This document shows, one piece after another, positions 61,569 through 64,000 of a DNA stretch of 64,000 nt; position 1 is the stretch's first letter, and every line of letters begins with the position of its first letter. A model generated the notes under the pieces. The model was not told the DNA's origin. It saw only the letters and a list, made by a program, of their open reading frames with translations, and did no database searches. The DNA is taken from the NCBI GenBank assembly GCA_965220975.1, contig OZ244855.1:836742-900741 (forward strand), given 5' to 3'. Source of the DNA: Candidatus Poriferihabitans sp. GTDB taxonomy: Bacteria > Pseudomonadota > Gammaproteobacteria > Arenicellales > Poriferihabitantaceae. The position numbers and the translations under genes were made by a program.

Positions 61569-61950
61569 GACGAATTGTCGGATTGGCCCATCTTGTGTAT
61601 ACATATGGCGTATCATCGTCCATATTGGTGATGGAAAAGCTGGTGGGCTGATCTACGACATAAGTGCTCGACATGACAATGTTCGGGCTGGACGCTCCCG
61701 TTTCAGGATCAGGTGCTTCACCGCCATGTACAGCTATAGTATTTATGCCTTTGTCGATCATGGTGAAATGACAGGACGTATCTTGAATAGTGATTGAGTA
61801 GAATCTTCCGATGATTTTGCATTGTAAATTGAATCCAAAAACATCACCGTATATTACGAAAGTGTGAGCATATCAGATACAGCCTCAAACACGATATCAA
61901 AATTAACGATGAATTAGCAACACCCAATCAATAATGCCTGCAATTCAACT

Positions 61951-61970
61951 ATTCATTCATTCATTCATTC
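61951..61970. repeat. (ATTC)5 tetranucleotide microsatellite in a divergent intergenic region
   Basis: Read directly. It is followed by degenerate aatc/aatt units. Confidence 0.8.
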
Positions 61971-62255
61971 AATCAATTCATGATTCAATCGTTATCAGAC
62001 TGTTGTGCAAGAAAGCCAGCAAGCTCGAGAAATTCGCGGGAATATGGATAACTCCAAGTCTGGAAATTTTGCGCGTAAACCCTGAGTGACGACCTAATAA
62101 ATATCGATTCGGTGCTACAATCGAATGCACCAGTTAAGTATGCGACATTTGCGATGTTCGACCGCTTGGCGAATCGTGACTTGTGTCGAATACCTATCAC
62201 TAAACGTACCTGATCTTATTTTCAGGAACCAAAATATACTTGTAGAGAAAGAAAA

Positions 62256-63395
62256 ATGGCAGGTTTGCTACCCAATATAGACCCGGATGGCTTGCTGGAG
62301 TATTCGGTCGTGTTTACTGATCGTTCCTTAAATCACATGTCCAAGCGATTCCAGAAGGTAATGCTGGATATTCGTTCTACCTTGATGGATGTGTATCAGG
62401 CCGAGTGCATGGCCATTGTACCCGGAGGCGGAACCTATGGAATGGAAGCTGTAGCAAGACAGTTCGCAACCGATAAAAAATGCCTGGTTTTGAGAAATGG
62501 ATATTTCAGTTACCGTTGGAGCCAGATCTTTGATGCTGGCAATATTCCAGCAAGATCCACCGTGATCAATGCTTCCAGGGTTTCTGAAAAATCCAACTCT
62601 GCCTTTGCCCCAGCTGCATTGAAGGTTGTACTGGAGAAAATTTCCGAAGAGAAACCCAATGTCGTTTTTGCACCTCATGTTGAAACTTCTGCCGGGCTTA
62701 TTCTTCCAGATGACTACATAAGGCAGGTTGCAAATGCCGTTCATGATGTTGGAGGGCTGATGGTGCTGGATTGCATTGCATCCGGCACAGTCTGGGTCGA
62801 TATGGAAAAATGCGGAGTCGATGTATTGATCAGCGCGCCACAAAAAGGTTGGAGTGCTTCTCCATGTGCCGCATTTGTGATGCTTGGCAGTCGCGCTCTT
62901 GAGACGCTATCGACAACAGTCAGCAGCAGTTTTTCGTGTGATCTGCGCCGCTGGCACGAGATCATGCAGGCATATGTTCAGGGAGACCATGCCTATCATG
63001 CGACCATGCCAACCGATGCTCTGAAGGCTTTCCGAGACACCATGCAAGAAACCCGGAAAATTGGTTTTGATCATTTGTGTAATGCTCAGTTCGAACTGGG
63101 TACTCGAGTTCGTCAGATTCTTGAGAAACGGGGGTTTGCCAGCGTCGCAGCTGAAGGATTCAAGGCCCCTTCCGTAGTTGTTAGTTATACGGATAATCCA
63201 GACATTCAGAATGGCTCACTGTTTGCGGCCCAAGGATTGCAAATTGCAGCCGGCGTTCCACTCATGTGCGATGAAGGCGATCACTTCAAGAGTTTTCGAT
63301 TGGGATTTTTCGGTTTGGACAAGTTGCTCGAAATTGATCGTACCGTATCCAGTTTTGAGACAGCATTGGATCGTATTTTTGAAAAGGCCGCTTGA
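62256..63395 (+). CDS. Class V aminotransferase-fold PLP enzyme (alanine-glyoxylate/serine-pyruvate aminotransferase-like)
   Basis: 379 aa. The SAPQKGW PLP-lysine region and overall AGXT-like pattern. Confidence 0.7.
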   Translation: MAGLLPNIDPDGLLEYSVVFTDRSLNHMSKRFQKVMLDIRSTLMDVYQAECMAIVPGGGTYGMEAVARQFATDKKCLVLRNGYFSYRWSQIFDAGNIPARSTVINASRVSEKSNSAFAPAALKVVLEKISEEKPNVVFAPHVETSAGLILPDDYIRQVANAVHDVGGLMVLDCIASGTVWVDMEKCGVDVLISAPQKGWSASPCAAFVMLGSRALETLSTTVSSSFSCDLRRWHEIMQAYVQGDHAYHATMPTDALKAFRDTMQETRKIGFDHLCNAQFELGTRVRQILEKRGFASVAAEGFKAPSVVVSYTDNPDIQNGSLFAAQGLQIAAGVPLMCDEGDHFKSFRLGFFGLDKLLEIDRTVSSFETALDRIFEKAA

Positions 63396-63415
63396 TCGGG
63401 ACGACCGGATAGATA

Positions 63416-64000
63416 TCACTGAAACGCGGAAAAATAATGGTTGAGAATCAACAACCAGATTGAAGCGACCGTTACCATGGTCATTGCATAAGGCCAGTTA
63501 TCAGCAGCAATTCGCCAACTCGGTATTCCATAACGTCCCTGAAATATCAGGTTGGTACCGGAAAGATAGCTTGAGCAAGTGCCAAGATGCCAGGCAAACA
63601 GCCAAGTTGCTCCAATCAGATTGGCGCTTGGTGAGCTCTCAAGCAGAATCGGCGCAAAACTGGTAATCTGGATTACCGGATGAATACCCAGGGCTGATAA
63701 CAGAACCATTCCGGCCAGAACCGATACGATGGTGATTGCCGAGTAGTTTGTGATCTGAAGGTCAATCAGGTCGATTTCAATGAGTGCAATAATTCCGACC
63801 GCAAGTACTCCCGCAGACAGGAACAGGGTGAGTTCATTGACCATTTTTGGCAGGCCTTCAACTACGAAACCGCTCAATTGGGAAATTGTTGATCTCAATC
63901 CATAACGCAGAACTAGCGTCGTGACGGTCACAAGCAATGCGCAAGAGGCGATTATCGCAAGAATGGAAGCCCCCTGCATCAGAATATACCCGACCAGCGA
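63416..64000 (-). CDS. Polytopic membrane protein (permease-like), C-terminal part; the 5' end probably lies beyond the window
   Basis: Several hydrophobic helices. The frame stays open upstream of the listed Met to the window edge. Confidence 0.5.
   Translation of the reverse strand, partial: SLVGYILMQGASILAIIASCALLVTVTTLVLRYGLRSTISQLSGFVVEGLPKMVNELTLFLSAGVLAVGIIALIEIDLIDLQITNYSAITIVSVLAGMVLLSALGIHPVIQITSFAPILLESSPSANLIGATWLFAWHLGTCSSYLSGTNLIFQGRYGIPSWRIAADNWPYAMTMVTVASIWLLILNHYFSAFQ

Larger units (their letters stand above)
59162..61761 (-). pseudogene. Cys/Met-metabolism PLP enzyme (cystathionine gamma-synthase / gamma-lyase / sulfhydrylase family) split by an IS insertion
   Basis: The N-terminal piece (61761..61569) ends ...YTRWANPTIR. 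The C-terminal piece (60168..59162) continues (PIR)QLEKKLCLLENAESCLACASGMSA...HSLTKYIGGHGD. Removing the IS and one 9-bp repeat gives an in-frame 1191-nt gene. Confidence 0.85.

Noticed and set aside
61951-61970. (ATTC)5 as a phase-variation microsatellite controlling the divergent PLP-enzyme and aminotransferase genes
   Set aside because: There are only five units, it lies about 190 and 285 nt from the two start codons, and there is no defined promoter spacing. It is listed as a repeat only.
1-64000. Scan for CRISPR arrays, rRNA and tRNA genes
   Set aside because: I saw no regularly spaced direct repeats, no rRNA-like conserved blocks and no GGTTCGAATCC-type T-arms with supporting stems in any intergenic region.

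Overview
The window has an AT-rich backbone. By gene order it looks like a Pseudomonas-type gammaproteobacterium: aroQ-accB-accC-prmA-DUF3426-fis-purH-purD, purE-tsaC-hemF-waaA, sdhCDAB-sdhE, cysI-DUF934, pepN, fdxA, mutS, suhB/trmJ. It also carries a quaternary-amine catabolic cluster at 2.5-16.6 kb: proV, BKACE cleavage enzyme, L-carnitine dehydrogenase-thioesterase fusion, SDR, acyl-CoA dehydrogenase, ADP-forming acyl-CoA synthetase, crotonase, M24 hydrolase, GNAT, betA. The backbone is interrupted by about six visibly GC-rich foreign segments (about 0.55-2.25, 16.7-19.1, 35.1-37.45, 47.95-50.96 and 53.1-54.95 kb, plus an IS at 60.17-61.57 kb). These segments hold mostly decayed cargo: a portal fragment, frameshifted ATPases, a frameshifted parE next to an intact parD, an integrase remnant, and a fused nuclease-methyltransferase. 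An intact IS256-family element splits a trans-sulfuration PLP enzyme gene with a 9-bp target duplication. The most unusual signal is a three-member set of island-borne secreted-protein genes. They share a short conserved 5' leader with a C9-C14 homopolymer inside the signal-peptide coding region, fused to unrelated mature domains. Two copies are in frame and one is one C short of being in frame. One locus also has an 18-bp perfect inverted repeat bracketing its putative promoter, RBS and ATG, and another has a G12 tract upstream. I saw no rRNA, tRNA or CRISPR array. All calls come from reading the sequence and ORF translations by eye; no searches were run.
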